Shown: positions 51,981 through 61,517, counted from the stretch's first letter. The stretch is 64,000 nucleotides of DNA from an uncultured Oscillospiraceae bacterium (GCA_947591105.1 CANQDL010000002.1:4919-68918); one strand, 5' to 3'. Notes: generated from the sequence alone by a model not told the origin. Translations and numbers: made by a program.

Positions 51981-53845
51981 TGCTCCGCAAGCGCCTCCCA
52001 CTCGCTGTAAAGGCCGTCCAGCTTCTCCTGCAGGGCGGCACGCTCCTCGGCCAGCTCCATGAGCTTCTGATAGTCGGTGGCGTACTGCTCCTCCCGGGCG
52101 GCGACCTCCCCGAGAGAGGACTCCAGCTTTTCGATCTGGCTCTCCAGGCGGGCCAGCAGCTTGGCCGGATCGGAGGTCTTGGGGCCCCGGGGGGCCTTCG
52201 GCTTGGGCTCGTGGCGCTTGGCGGCGTGGCACAGCTCGGTCTGCCGGGCCTTGTATGCCTGATACTCGCTGTAGCCGCCGGCAAAATCCGTCAGCACGCC
52301 GTCTTTCAGCTCCCACACCCGGGTGGCGAACCGGTCGGTGAACCAACGGTCGTGGCTTACGAACAGGAGCGTACCGCCGTAATCGTCCAGCGCCTGCTCG
52401 ATCCACTCCCGGCTGGCGATGTCCAGATGGTTTGTGGGCTCGTCCAGAACAAGGAAGTTGATGTCGTCCTTCATGAGCATGCACAGCCGCAGGCGGCTCT
52501 GCTCTCCGCCGGAGAGGGAGCCCACGGTCTTGAACACGTCCTCGCCGGTGAAGTTGAAGGCGGCCAGACGGTCGCGGGCCTGCTGGGGCAGGGCCTTGTC
52601 GTCGTAGATGAGGGTGTCCAGAAGGGTGCGCTCCGGGTGGGAGAAGCGGACGAGCTGGGGTAGGTAGGCCGTGCGGATGGCGGGGCCCAGGCGGGTGTAG
52701 CCGGTGTCCGGCGTCTCGTCACCCAGGATGATCTTTACCAGAGTGGATTTGCCGCTGCCGTTGTCGCCCATGATCGCCACCCGCTCCCCGGGGCGGATCA
52801 GAAGCTGCAGGTGGGAGAAGAGCTCCTTCTCCCCAAAGCGCTTGCCCAGATCGTCCGCCACAAGCACCTCGTCGCCGGAAAAGTCCTGCTCCTTGAACCG
52901 GACGGAGAGCTTTTTCTCCCGCTGGGGCTTGGGCGCGCTCTGGAGGCGGGCGATGCGCTTTTCCATGGAGAAGGCCCGCTTGTAGAGCTTGTCGTTGCCC
53001 AGGAATGCCCACAGGCGCAGGTTCTTTGCCGCCTCCTCCAGGTGGGCGATCTGGCGCTGGTTTTTTTCGTACTGCCGGCGCAGCTCCTCGTACCGGCGCT
53101 GTTTTTCGCCGATGTAAAAGCTGTAGGCGCCGGCGTAAAACTGGCACACGCCGTCCGTCAGCTCGACGGTGCGCTGGGCCACGGTGTCCAGAAACCACCG
53201 GTCGTGGCTCACGGTGAGTACGGTGCCCTTGAAGCGCAGAAGAAAGTCCTCCAGCCACTGGGTGCTCTTCAGATCCAGGTGGTTCGTCGGCTCGTCCAGC
53301 AGAAGGATGTCCGTGTCCTCCAACAGAAGACGGGCCAGGTTCACCCGGGTCTTTTCCCCGCCGGAGAGGCTCTCAAAGCTCTGGGCCCGCATGGCGGGGG
53401 ACAGATCCAGACCGCTTGCCACCCGCTCCCGCTCGTAGTCCGCGCTGTAACCGCCCAGCCGGTCGTATTCCGCAGAGAGCCTGTCGTACCGGGCCAGGGT
53501 CTGGGGGGAACTGTCCGTCTGCATGGCCGCCTCCAGGGCGGCCATCTGGTCTTTTATTTCGTCCAGGCGTCGAAAGGCGGAGCGGAGCACGTCCTCCGTG
53601 GTGTAGCCGGTCGGGTACACGGGGATCTGGGAGATGAGGCCGATCCGCTTGCCCGGGGCCAGTACCACCGTCCCTTCGTCCGGCTCCAGAGCGCCGGTGA
53701 GGATGCGCAGCAGGGTGGTCTTGCCCGCCCCGTTGGGGCCCAGCAGGGCCACACGCTCGCCGGACTGCACGTCAAAGCTGACGCCCCGGAGGATCTCCGT
53801 GCCGCCAAAGCTCTTTTTCACGTTTTGCAGGGATATGTCGATCAT
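51977..53845 (-). CDS. ABC-F family ATPase (translation factor or ribosome protection type)
   Basis: Two NBDs (GPNGAGKTT, GDNGSGKST; LSGGEKTR, LSGGEQSR) with no TM domain, an inter-domain linker and a C-terminal coiled coil. Confidence 0.92.
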   Translation of the reverse strand: MIDISLQNVKKSFGGTEILRGVSFDVQSGERVALLGPNGAGKTTLLRILTGALEPDEGTVVLAPGKRIGLISQIPVYPTGYTTEDVLRSAFRRLDEIKDQMAALEAAMQTDSSPQTLARYDRLSAEYDRLGGYSADYERERVASGLDLSPAMRAQSFESLSGGEKTRVNLARLLLEDTDILLLDEPTNHLDLKSTQWLEDFLLRFKGTVLTVSHDRWFLDTVAQRTVELTDGVCQFYAGAYSFYIGEKQRRYEELRRQYEKNQRQIAHLEEAAKNLRLWAFLGNDKLYKRAFSMEKRIARLQSAPKPQREKKLSVRFKEQDFSGDEVLVADDLGKRFGEKELFSHLQLLIRPGERVAIMGDNGSGKSTLVKIILGDETPDTGYTRLGPAIRTAYLPQLVRFSHPERTLLDTLIYDDKALPQQARDRLAAFNFTGEDVFKTVGSLSGGEQSRLRLCMLMKDDINFLVLDEPTNHLDIASREWIEQALDDYGGTLLFVSHDRWFTDRFATRVWELKDGVLTDFAGGYSEYQAYKARQTELCHAAKRHEPKPKAPRGPKTSDPAKLLARLESQIEKLESSLGEVAAREEQYATDYQKLMELAEERAALQEKLDGLYSEWEALAEQ

Positions 53846-53882
53846 AGGATAAAACTGCCTTATTTCAGATTAGGCGGTGCTG

Positions 53883-54026
53883 CCTCTCCTGTGCAAGGGG
53901 AGACCTGGCTGCGCGTGCTCCGACGACGCCAGGGTTGTTACCAGTCCTGGAGAATATCTTGGCTTGGTAACAATCCCCCAGTCACGGCTGCGCCGTGACA
54001 GCCCCCTTTGCACAAGGGGCCATAAG
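53883..54026 (+). repeat. Mosaic multi-hairpin repeat family A, copy 3
   Basis: CCTCTCCTGTGCAAGGGGAG, GGGTTGTTACC..GGTAACAATCCCCCAGTC, GTCACGGC-TGC-GCCGTGAC, CAGCCCCCTTTGCACAAGGGGCCATAAG. Confidence 0.7.
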
Positions 54027-54045
54027 CGGTGCGCCTGCGGCGATG

Positions 54046-55362
54046 TCAGTCCAGAACGGAGACCGCTTTCTGTAAGACTGTGTTGGCGATGGGGGAGGCC
54101 ACCGCGTAGCCGCCGCCGGCCCGCTCCGCCATCACCACGAAGGCCAGAGGCTTGTTGGTGATGAAGCCGGCGAACCAGGCGTGGGTGGAGCCGTTGCCCA
54201 CCTCGGCGGTGCCGGTCTTGGCGTGCATATCCAGGCCGGGGTAGGCCCAGGAGCCGTACTCGTACTGCACGTTGAAGCTCATCATCTCGGACAGCTTTTG
54301 GGCGGTGGTCGGTTCCATGAGCTTTTCGCTGCCGCCGCTCTTCCCCGCCAGGATGGTGGGTTCCACCGCCGTGCCTCCGTTGGCGATGGCGCCCATCAGC
54401 CGCAGGAAGGCGTAGGGGTTGATCAGATCCTCGTACTGGCCGATGCCGGCCCAGGCCGCGTCGCCGTCCCCGGGGGCGGCGGGTACGCTGCCGGCGGCGG
54501 TGGTGATCTCGCTGTTGAGGGTGTGGGCGCTGGTCAGGCCGTATTTCTCCGCGTACTGGCTGATGCGGACTCCGCCCAGCTGACGGCCCACCTCGCCGAA
54601 CACGATGTTGCAGGAGCAGGCGAGCCCCTCGTCCACGGTGAGTGTGCCGTGGTGGCCGGAGCAGACGATCTTCTGCCCGCCGATGATGGCGCTGCCGCTG
54701 CAGGTGAAGGTCTGCTGGAAGATGTCCGGGATGTTCTCAATGGCCGCGGCCATGGTCACCAGCTTGAACACCGAGCCGGGGGTGAAAACGGAGCTGATGG
54801 CCCGGTTGATGAACGCGCCCTCATAATTGGGGTCGTTCAGATCGAAGTTGACTCCCTGCTCCGGATCCCACCCAGGGGTGGAGACCATGCACAGGATCTC
54901 GCCGGTCTGGTAGTTATACACCAGCACCGTGCCCTTGCGGCCGCTCAGGGCGTTGTACGCTGCGGCGGATATGTCCGCGTCGATGGTCAGCTGCATGCTG
55001 CCGCCCTTGGTGGTGGTGCCGGTAAAGAAGGAGTAGTTGATGAATTTGGGGCGGAATACGGACAGGATGCTGGTGCCGATGTTCCCGTCCAGGTCGCCCA
55101 CCACGTGCAGGCACGCCCGGCGCACCGTGGCGTCGTCGGCGTAGTGGAAGGCGTCCTCCCCGGCGGCGGCCAGGACTACGCCCTTCCGGTCGGTGACGGA
55201 GCCCCGGTTCAGCACGCCCCGGGTATACACGCTGTCGTTGGCGTAGAAGGAGGCCCAGTCGCCCCCGTCCCGCACCAGGCGGAAGAGGTATACGCCCATG
55301 CCCATCACCACCAGCGCCGCCAGCAGCAGCACCGCGAAAGCCCGTGTCGTTACCTTTCTCAT
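54046..55362 (-). CDS. Class B penicillin-binding protein (PbpA/PBP2-like transpeptidase)
   Basis: N-terminal TM anchor, SVFK (SxxK) and KTGT motifs. Translationally coupled to the upstream SEDS gene. Confidence 0.9.
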   Translation of the reverse strand: MRKVTTRAFAVLLLAALVVMGMGVYLFRLVRDGGDWASFYANDSVYTRGVLNRGSVTDRKGVVLAAAGEDAFHYADDATVRRACLHVVGDLDGNIGTSILSVFRPKFINYSFFTGTTTKGGSMQLTIDADISAAAYNALSGRKGTVLVYNYQTGEILCMVSTPGWDPEQGVNFDLNDPNYEGAFINRAISSVFTPGSVFKLVTMAAAIENIPDIFQQTFTCSGSAIIGGQKIVCSGHHGTLTVDEGLACSCNIVFGEVGRQLGGVRISQYAEKYGLTSAHTLNSEITTAAGSVPAAPGDGDAAWAGIGQYEDLINPYAFLRLMGAIANGGTAVEPTILAGKSGGSEKLMEPTTAQKLSEMMSFNVQYEYGSWAYPGLDMHAKTGTAEVGNGSTHAWFAGFITNKPLAFVVMAERAGGGYAVASPIANTVLQKAVSVLD

Positions 55363-57197
55363 GAGCGGCCTCCCTGGGTGTAGTACCCGTCATAGCCGTT
55401 TTCGTCGTCGTAGCCGTCGTCATAGCCGTCCTGGGGGTAATCCTGGGGATAGTCCTGGTCGTAGCCGTCGGCGGAGTCGTCCTCCTCCACGCCTATGCCG
55501 CCGGAGAATTTCTCCGGCCGCTTGACCGCGAAGCTGGCGTGGGCCCGCATATCGCTGCCCTTGACGAAGGCCAGGAGCATCCAGCAGGCAATCAGACTGC
55601 TGCCGCCCACGGAGGCGAAGGGGAAGGTGACGCCAGTGAAGGGCAGGATGTCCATGGTGCCGTATACGTTCAGGATCACCTGCACCAGCATCATGCTCAT
55701 GGTGGCCGCCGCGGCGATGACGAAATAGCTGGATCGGCCGGCGGAAGCGTTTTTCACCACGAATATGGCCAGCGCCAGCAGCGAGCCCACACAGCACAGG
55801 GCGGTGATCAGGCCCAGCTCCTCGCTGATGACGGCGAAGACCATGTCCGTCTCGGCGGCGTAGATGTCCACCAGCCAGCCGTTGCCGGAGCCCTGGCCGA
55901 ACAGGCCGCCGCTGGCGGCGGCGCTCATGGCCCGCACCTGCTGGTAGCCGTTGCCGTAGATGTCCTCCCACACGTGGCCCCAGGTCTGGAACCGGGCCAC
56001 CACGTGGGGCTTGACGGTCACCACCAGCATCACGCCCAGCACCGCCCCCGCCACGGCCAGAAACACCGTGGCGAAGTTGCCGGAGCGCATGAAGGAGATG
56101 ACCAGAAACGTCACGAAAAACACCAGCGCCGTGCCAAAGTCGCCCATCAGGGCCAGCAGCCCCACGCAGGCGGCGGAGAAGCCGATGTAAAAGATCAGGT
56201 TCCGGTTGACGAACAGCCGGTCAAGGGTGGCGGCCCCGGCGTAGATGTACAGCACCTTTACAAACTCCGACGGCTGGATGGTGAAGGAGCCGATCTCGAT
56301 CCAGCTGCGGGCGCCGTTGCGCTCGGTGGCCAGCACCAGCGTCGCCGCCAGCAGACCCACCGCCGCGACGAAGGCATAGAGCCGCACGGCCTTGACCCGG
56401 TGCAGATCCCGCACCCACAGGCACAGGAACACGTAAAGCCCCACGGCGGCCAGGAACAGGATGATGTACTTGATCATGTCGTTGGGGGTCTTGGAGGCGG
56501 CCATGCTCATGCCCACCGATGAGAGGAAGAATGCCAGCAGCTCCGGCTCAAAGCCCGTCTGGCCGGAGGCACGCAGCACGATGAAATAGGCCCACTGCAC
56601 CGCGGCCACGACGCCGAAGGCCATGGCCACGCCAAAGCCCGCGTCCGGGTTGTACACCAGCTGCTGCAGCACCAGCAGCAGCTGGAAGAAGGTCAGCAGC
56701 AGCAACGTCACGCTGGGGCGCACCCGCCGGCCGGGGGCGTGGCGGTACTTGAGAAGGGAGGAGCGCTCCTCCTCCGTCAGATCCACAAAGCGGGCGGAGA
56801 CGTTCCCCAGGGTCAGCACGTCCGCGTCCTGGATGAACGCGCCGCCGGCCAGCACCTGCTCGCCGTTGACGTATGTATCGCCCCGGCCCAGGTTGTATAC
56901 CCGCCAGAGCCCGGTCACGTCCCGGATCAGGCAGGCGTGCAGCCGCTCCACGGCGGGGTCGTCTATCTGGGCGTCCACGGACTTGGCCCGGCCCAGGATG
57001 CACTCCCAGTGCCGCAGGGGGATCATCACGTCCCCGGTGAGATAGAGATATGCCCAGGTCTCCGGCTCGTAGTGCTCCCGGAGCATGCTGCGCACGCACC
57101 GCAGCACGATCAGCACCGCCGTCAGCGGCAGGATGTACCGGGATACGGCGGCCAGCGTGGGCGCAGCCTGGCCAAAGACCAATGTCACGATATCCAT
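55359..57197 (-). CDS. FHA domain fused to a FtsW/RodA/SpoVE (SEDS) family protein
   Basis: N-terminal FHA-like region (ILGRAKSVDAQIDDPAVERLHACLIRD...VYNLGRGDTYVNGEQV), then a polytopic SEDS core. Acidic Asp/Tyr-rich C-terminal tail. Confidence 0.88.
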   Translation of the reverse strand: MDIVTLVFGQAAPTLAAVSRYILPLTAVLIVLRCVRSMLREHYEPETWAYLYLTGDVMIPLRHWECILGRAKSVDAQIDDPAVERLHACLIRDVTGLWRVYNLGRGDTYVNGEQVLAGGAFIQDADVLTLGNVSARFVDLTEEERSSLLKYRHAPGRRVRPSVTLLLLTFFQLLLVLQQLVYNPDAGFGVAMAFGVVAAVQWAYFIVLRASGQTGFEPELLAFFLSSVGMSMAASKTPNDMIKYIILFLAAVGLYVFLCLWVRDLHRVKAVRLYAFVAAVGLLAATLVLATERNGARSWIEIGSFTIQPSEFVKVLYIYAGAATLDRLFVNRNLIFYIGFSAACVGLLALMGDFGTALVFFVTFLVISFMRSGNFATVFLAVAGAVLGVMLVVTVKPHVVARFQTWGHVWEDIYGNGYQQVRAMSAAASGGLFGQGSGNGWLVDIYAAETDMVFAVISEELGLITALCCVGSLLALAIFVVKNASAGRSSYFVIAAAATMSMMLVQVILNVYGTMDILPFTGVTFPFASVGGSSLIACWMLLAFVKGSDMRAHASFAVKRPEKFSGGIGVEEDDSADGYDQDYPQDYPQDGYDDGYDDENGYDGYYTQGGRS

Positions 57198-57309
57198 GCT
57201 TTTCCTCCTCCTTCCCCAGGAATGAGAGGTCTGTTTTGAAACTTTTCTCCCCGCGGAGGGGCAGAATCATATTGACATTATACATTCTTGTAACTAAAAT
57301 GTAAACGAT

Positions 57310-57645
57310 ATGAAGAGAAAAACAGTTTTTTGGGCGGCGCTTTTTATTTTGCTGGCGGCGCTGGGCGCGGGGACGTATCTGCTCCCCAGGAACGGAAGCA
57401 GGGCGGTCATATCCGTGGACGGGCAGCTCTGGGACACGGTGGATCTGGCGGCGGTGAAGGAGCCCTATGAGTTTACCGTGGAGACGGAGCGGGGCTGGAA
57501 CACCCTGCGTGTCAGCCCGGGCCAGATCCAGGTCGTGGACGCGGACTGCCCCGGCCACGACTGCGTGCAGCAGGGGGCCATATCGGACGGGGTCATCCCC
57601 ATCGTATGCCTGCCGCACAGACTGGTCATCGAGATCAAGAGGTAG
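57310..57645 (+). CDS. NusG domain II-containing protein
   Basis: N-terminal anchor, and CPGHDCVQQGAISDGVIPIVCLPHRLVIEI typical of this family. Paired with a Gx transporter gene as usual. Confidence 0.75.
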   Translation: MKRKTVFWAALFILLAALGAGTYLLPRNGSRAVISVDGQLWDTVDLAAVKEPYEFTVETERGWNTLRVSPGQIQVVDADCPGHDCVQQGAISDGVIPIVCLPHRLVIEIKR

Positions 57646-57646
57646 C

Positions 57647-58171
57647 ATGAGCAAGACGCGAAAACTTGTGTTCATGGCCCTGCTGACGGCGCTGGAGCTG
57701 ACGGTGTGGGTCATCGAGGGGCAGATCCCCGCCCCTGTGCCCGTGCCCGGGGTGAAGCTGGGACTGGCCAGCGTGGTGACGCTCACAGCCATGGTGCTGC
57801 TGGGCCGGCGGGAGGCGGGAGGCATCCTCCTTGCCCGGGTGCTGCTGTCGGCGCTGTTCGCGGGAAACGTGTCCGCGCTGCTGTACTCCGCGACGGGCGG
57901 GGCGGTGTCCTGGTGCGTGATGGCGCTGCTGGTGGGACGTTTTCCGGAAAAGCTGCTGTGGGTGGTGAGCGTGCTCGGAGCCATTGGCCACAACGCCGGA
58001 CAGCTGGCGGCGGCGGTGGCCGTGACAGGCACGCCCGCGCTGCTTTGGTACGGCCCGGCGCTGCTGGCGGCCGCCATCGTCACCGGGGCGTTCACGGGCC
58101 TGGGCGCGATGTATCTTGTCCGGGCACTGAAAAAGTATCAGATAAACGAGGCGCATGGAAAGGAATCGTGA
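57647..58171 (+). CDS. Gx transporter family membrane protein (formerly heptaprenyl diphosphate synthase component I-like)
   Basis: EGQIPAPVPVPGVKLGLASVVTL signature and 5 TM segments. Confidence 0.7.
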   Translation: MSKTRKLVFMALLTALELTVWVIEGQIPAPVPVPGVKLGLASVVTLTAMVLLGRREAGGILLARVLLSALFAGNVSALLYSATGGAVSWCVMALLVGRFPEKLLWVVSVLGAIGHNAGQLAAAVAVTGTPALLWYGPALLAAAIVTGAFTGLGAMYLVRALKKYQINEAHGKES

Positions 58172-58181
58172 GATCGTGGGA

Positions 58182-58982
58182 ATGGATCGGAAACAACTGA
58201 AAGCCAGGGCCAGACAGGCCATGTCGGCCGCCCGCCCGGCGCCCTTCTGGGTGGCGCTGGCGCTTATGGCCATCATGCTGGTGCTGAACGTGCTGGCCAT
58301 GAGCCTGGACGGGACGCTGGACGCTCTGCGCACCATGTATGCCGCCGCGCTGCAGGGACAGCTTGTCTACGCAGAGCCCCGGGCCGCAGGTGGCCTGATC
58401 GGATGGCTGCTGGGTCTGGCCATACAGGTGATGAGCATAGAGCTGACGGTGGGATTTATCATCTACGCCCTGCGGGTATGGCGGGGTGAGAAGGCGGGCG
58501 TCGGCGATCTGTTCGACAGCTTCGGCATATTCTTCCGGGCCATCTGGATACAGGTGCTGCCCTCGCTGCTGGTGAGCATCTGGTCGCTGCTGTATGTGAT
58601 GCCGGTGACCACCCTGGTGGTCATGACGGGTGACACCTGGTGGCTGGCGGCGGGACTGCCGCTGATCATTCCGGCGCTCATGGCGGTGTATTCCTACCGG
58701 CTTGCGCCCTATCTTATGCTGGACAATCCCGGCGCCGGCTGCTGGCAGTGCGTGATCCTGAGCCGGCAGATCATGCGGGGGCACAGGTGGGAGGCGTTCG
58801 TGCTGGACATGAGCTTTCTGGGATGGGCGCTGCTGTGCCTGATCCCGGTGGTAGGCTTTATCCTGATGATATGGCTCAGCGCCTATATGCAGATCACCGG
58901 CGCCGGATTTTATGAGAAGCTGGCGGGCGCCTTCATGGCGGAACACGCCCCGTTCCCGGGCCAGGAGCCGCCGGCGGTATGA
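58182..58982 (+). CDS. DUF975 family membrane protein
   Basis: MDRKQLKARARQAM... N-terminus and a TM pattern typical of DUF975 (from memory). Confidence 0.65.
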   Translation: MDRKQLKARARQAMSAARPAPFWVALALMAIMLVLNVLAMSLDGTLDALRTMYAAALQGQLVYAEPRAAGGLIGWLLGLAIQVMSIELTVGFIIYALRVWRGEKAGVGDLFDSFGIFFRAIWIQVLPSLLVSIWSLLYVMPVTTLVVMTGDTWWLAAGLPLIIPALMAVYSYRLAPYLMLDNPGAGCWQCVILSRQIMRGHRWEAFVLDMSFLGWALLCLIPVVGFILMIWLSAYMQITGAGFYEKLAGAFMAEHAPFPGQEPPAV

Positions 58983-58985
58983 GAC

Positions 58986-59019
58986 AAAGCAGCAGGCGGG
59001 CGATCCGTCTGCTGCTTTT
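58986..59019. terminator. Bidirectional terminator
   Basis: AAAGCAGCAG/CTGCTGCTTT 10-bp stem followed by TATTGTTT. Confidence 0.65.
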
Positions 59020-59024
59020 ATTGT

Positions 59025-60182
59025 TTAGAACATGGAGGAGTAGGCGCGGAACTGGGCCGGTTTTGGTCGGTATCGGATGCCGGATACGATGCCCATGGCG
59101 GCGAACATGGTGAACAGGGACGAGCCGCCATAGCTGAAAAACGGAAGGGTCAGGCCGATGACCGGCGTCAGGCCCGTGCACATGCCCACGCTGTTGAACA
59201 GCTGGAAGCAGATCATGGACGCCATGCCCATGCACACCAGGAAACCGAAGTTGCTGTGGCAGTGGAGCCCCACGTACACGCACCGGACGATGATGGCCGT
59301 CAGGATCAGGATGACCGCGATGCAGCCCACCATGCCCATCTCCTCGCCGATGCAGGCTAGGATGTAGTCGGCGTGCTTGCTTCGCAGGCCGCCCTCCACG
59401 GTCTGGGTCTGGGTGCCCTGATAGAGGCCCGTGCCCCACAGCCGCCCGGAGGACAGCGCCAGCTTTGCCCGGGTGGGTTCCCAACTGATGCCAAAGCCGG
59501 TGGGGTCGATCTGATCCTGCATATAGGGCAGAAGGATGCGGTTTTTCTGCACGTCGTTGAGCACGTAGTTCCACGCCAGGGGGATCACCAGCGCCATGGC
59601 CGCACCGCCGAACAGGAACCAGTAGAGCTTGATCCCCGCCGAAAAGACCATCACCACAAACACGAAGAAGAACACCAGCGCGTTTCCCAGGTCGCCGGAG
59701 ATGACCATGTACAGCGCGAACAGAACGCCCAGATGGGCCACCAGCTGAAACACGGACAGGGGCGAGCTCAGGTTCCGGTATTCCTTCAGGTAGGTGAGGT
59801 GCTTTGCCGTGAGCACGATGTAGATGACCTTGACCACCTCGGCCGGCTGCAGGCCGATGCCCAGAAAGCGTATCCAGGCCCGGTTGCCGGTGTCGTCGTC
59901 GCTGCCGAATACGGCCAGGATCAGGATAAGGCCTACCTCAGCCACCAGCAGCAGCGGCCACTGATCGGCGAAGATGTCCACGTCGATAAGGGTGAACACG
60001 AAATACAGCACGATGCCAATGAGCAGCGCGAACAGCTGTACGTAAATATAGGACTGACCCATGGTAGCCGTGGCGCTGGAGATGGCCACAAGACCCATGG
60101 TCGCCGCCGCAAGGCACAGGAAAAACAGCAGCATGTCCGCCCGCTTCAGAAAGCTGCGGATGTCGGAAAACTTCAGCTTCAC
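59025..60182 (-). CDS. rodA: FtsW/RodA/SpoVE family peptidoglycan glycosyltransferase
   Basis: 385-aa SEDS protein. LPFFSYGGSSLFTMFAAMGIV is the C-terminal signature. Whether it acts as RodA or FtsW cannot be decided. Confidence 0.85.
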   Translation of the reverse strand: MKLKFSDIRSFLKRADMLLFFLCLAAATMGLVAISSATATMGQSYIYVQLFALLIGIVLYFVFTLIDVDIFADQWPLLLVAEVGLILILAVFGSDDDTGNRAWIRFLGIGLQPAEVVKVIYIVLTAKHLTYLKEYRNLSSPLSVFQLVAHLGVLFALYMVISGDLGNALVFFFVFVVMVFSAGIKLYWFLFGGAAMALVIPLAWNYVLNDVQKNRILLPYMQDQIDPTGFGISWEPTRAKLALSSGRLWGTGLYQGTQTQTVEGGLRSKHADYILACIGEEMGMVGCIAVILILTAIIVRCVYVGLHCHSNFGFLVCMGMASMICFQLFNSVGMCTGLTPVIGLTLPFFSYGGSSLFTMFAAMGIVSGIRYRPKPAQFRAYSSMF

Positions 60183-60291
60183 GGGGCTTGTCCCCTCCTT
60201 TCGCCGTCCATCGACCAGGCAAGTATAACACAGAAAACGGTCTGTGGCAACGGCTGCATCGTGAAGAATCTATGAATATTGGAGAGACGCC

Positions 60292-60975
60292 ATGAACGAG
60301 CATGCTGGACACAGACAGCGGATGAAACAGCGGTTCCTGGAGCACGGACTGGATAATTTCAGCGACCACAACGTGCTGGAGCTGCTGCTGTTCTTCGCGC
60401 TGCCCCGGAGGGACACCAACCTGCTGGCGCACCAGCTGCTGGACGCTTTCGGCAGTCTGGACGGGGTGTTCGACGCCTCCGCCGACGCGCTGAAAAAGTC
60501 GGTGAAGGGCATCAGCGACAACGCCGTCACGCTGATCCGCCTGGTGCCGGAGGCGGCACGCCGGTATATGATCGCCAAGACCGACCCCGGCCAGGCCCTC
60601 AATACCAGCGACGCCATCGGCAATTACCTGCTGCCCCGGTTTTTCAGCGGCCGGCGGGAAACGGCCTATATGCTCTGCCTGGACGCCAAGATGAAGCTGC
60701 TGGACTGCGAGGAGCTGGGGCAGGGCAGTACCGTATCCGTGCGGCTGGACGTGCGGCGCATCGTCCAGATCGCCCTGGAGCAGAACGCCTCCGTGGTGGT
60801 GCTGGCCCACAACCACAGCAGCGGCTTTGCCGTCCCCTCCGACGAGGACGTGGCCGTGACCGTCCATATCCGGGACGTGCTGAACAGCGTGGGAGTGCTG
60901 CTGGCTGACCACATCGTTGTATCAGGGGACGACTTTGTGTCCATGGTGGACAGCGGTATGCTGCCGCCGCTGTGA
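60292..60975 (+). CDS. radC: RadC-like JAB domain protein
   Basis: N-terminal HhH-like region and the JAMM motif HNHSSG...PSDEDV. Confidence 0.9.
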   Translation: MNEHAGHRQRMKQRFLEHGLDNFSDHNVLELLLFFALPRRDTNLLAHQLLDAFGSLDGVFDASADALKKSVKGISDNAVTLIRLVPEAARRYMIAKTDPGQALNTSDAIGNYLLPRFFSGRRETAYMLCLDAKMKLLDCEELGQGSTVSVRLDVRRIVQIALEQNASVVVLAHNHSSGFAVPSDEDVAVTVHIRDVLNSVGVLLADHIVVSGDDFVSMVDSGMLPPL

Positions 60976-61372
60976 TCGGCCGGCCCGCGGTTTTGCCGCC
61001 CCACAGGGGCGCCGGTGTGCCCGGGGATGAAAAATGTCGAATTATGTCAAATAATAATTTGAAACAATTTGTTTCTGGACACGTTTCCTGAATTTGAAGA
61101 TTTTTCCAATTCCTGGCGGAAGGCCGATCCTATGCGGGTGAAATGATTGTTGAAATGTCTGTTGAAAATGTCGATAACTTTCTGCATTATAAATGAAAAT
61201 AAATATTATGTAAAACATTTTTCAGACCTGGAGAAAACCGCAAATCGCCGTATTTATGGGATTTTCCATGAATGACGTCCCCACCGGAGGGTGAGAAAAC
61301 AGCGGGGGAAATGAGTAAAACCGGTCATTTTCATCATTATAATACTCGCTGTAATCGGTGGGCATTTTTCTG

Positions 61373-61401
61373 TTGACTTCCCCCGGGGGCTATGCTAAAA
61401 T
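61373..61401 (+). promoter_or_regulatory. Candidate tRNA promoter
   Basis: TTGACT, 17 nt, extended -10 TGCTAAAAT, about 15 nt upstream of the tRNA 5-prime end. Confidence 0.55.
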
Positions 61402-61416
61402 ACGTGGACGTGAGAT

Positions 61417-61492
61417 GCTAGTGTAGCTCAGTCGGTAGAGCAGCTGATTCGTAATCAGCAGGTCGTCAGTTCGAGTCTGACCACTAGCTCCA
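61417..61492 (+). tRNA. tRNA-Thr (anticodon CGT), CCA encoded
   Basis: Hand-folded cloverleaf: acceptor GCTAGTG/CACTAGC, D arm GCTC..GAGC, anticodon arm GCTGA-TTCGTAA-TCAGC, T arm GTCAG-TTCGAGT-CTGAC, then T-CCA. 76 nt. Confidence 0.93.
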
Positions 61493-61493
61493 G

Positions 61494-61517
61494 TCCCCGG
61501 CCTTGATGGCCGGGGAC
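61494..61517 (+). terminator. Hairpin after the tRNA (first copy of a 22-bp direct repeat)
   Basis: TCCCCGGCC-TTGAT-GGCCGGGGA, but with a poor T-tract. Confidence 0.4.

Noticed and set aside
51977-53845. Calling the ABC-F protein an antibiotic-resistance (ARE) factor.
   Set aside because: ARE and housekeeping ABC-F subfamilies cannot be separated by eye. There is no leader peptide or attenuator upstream and no resistance-gene context.
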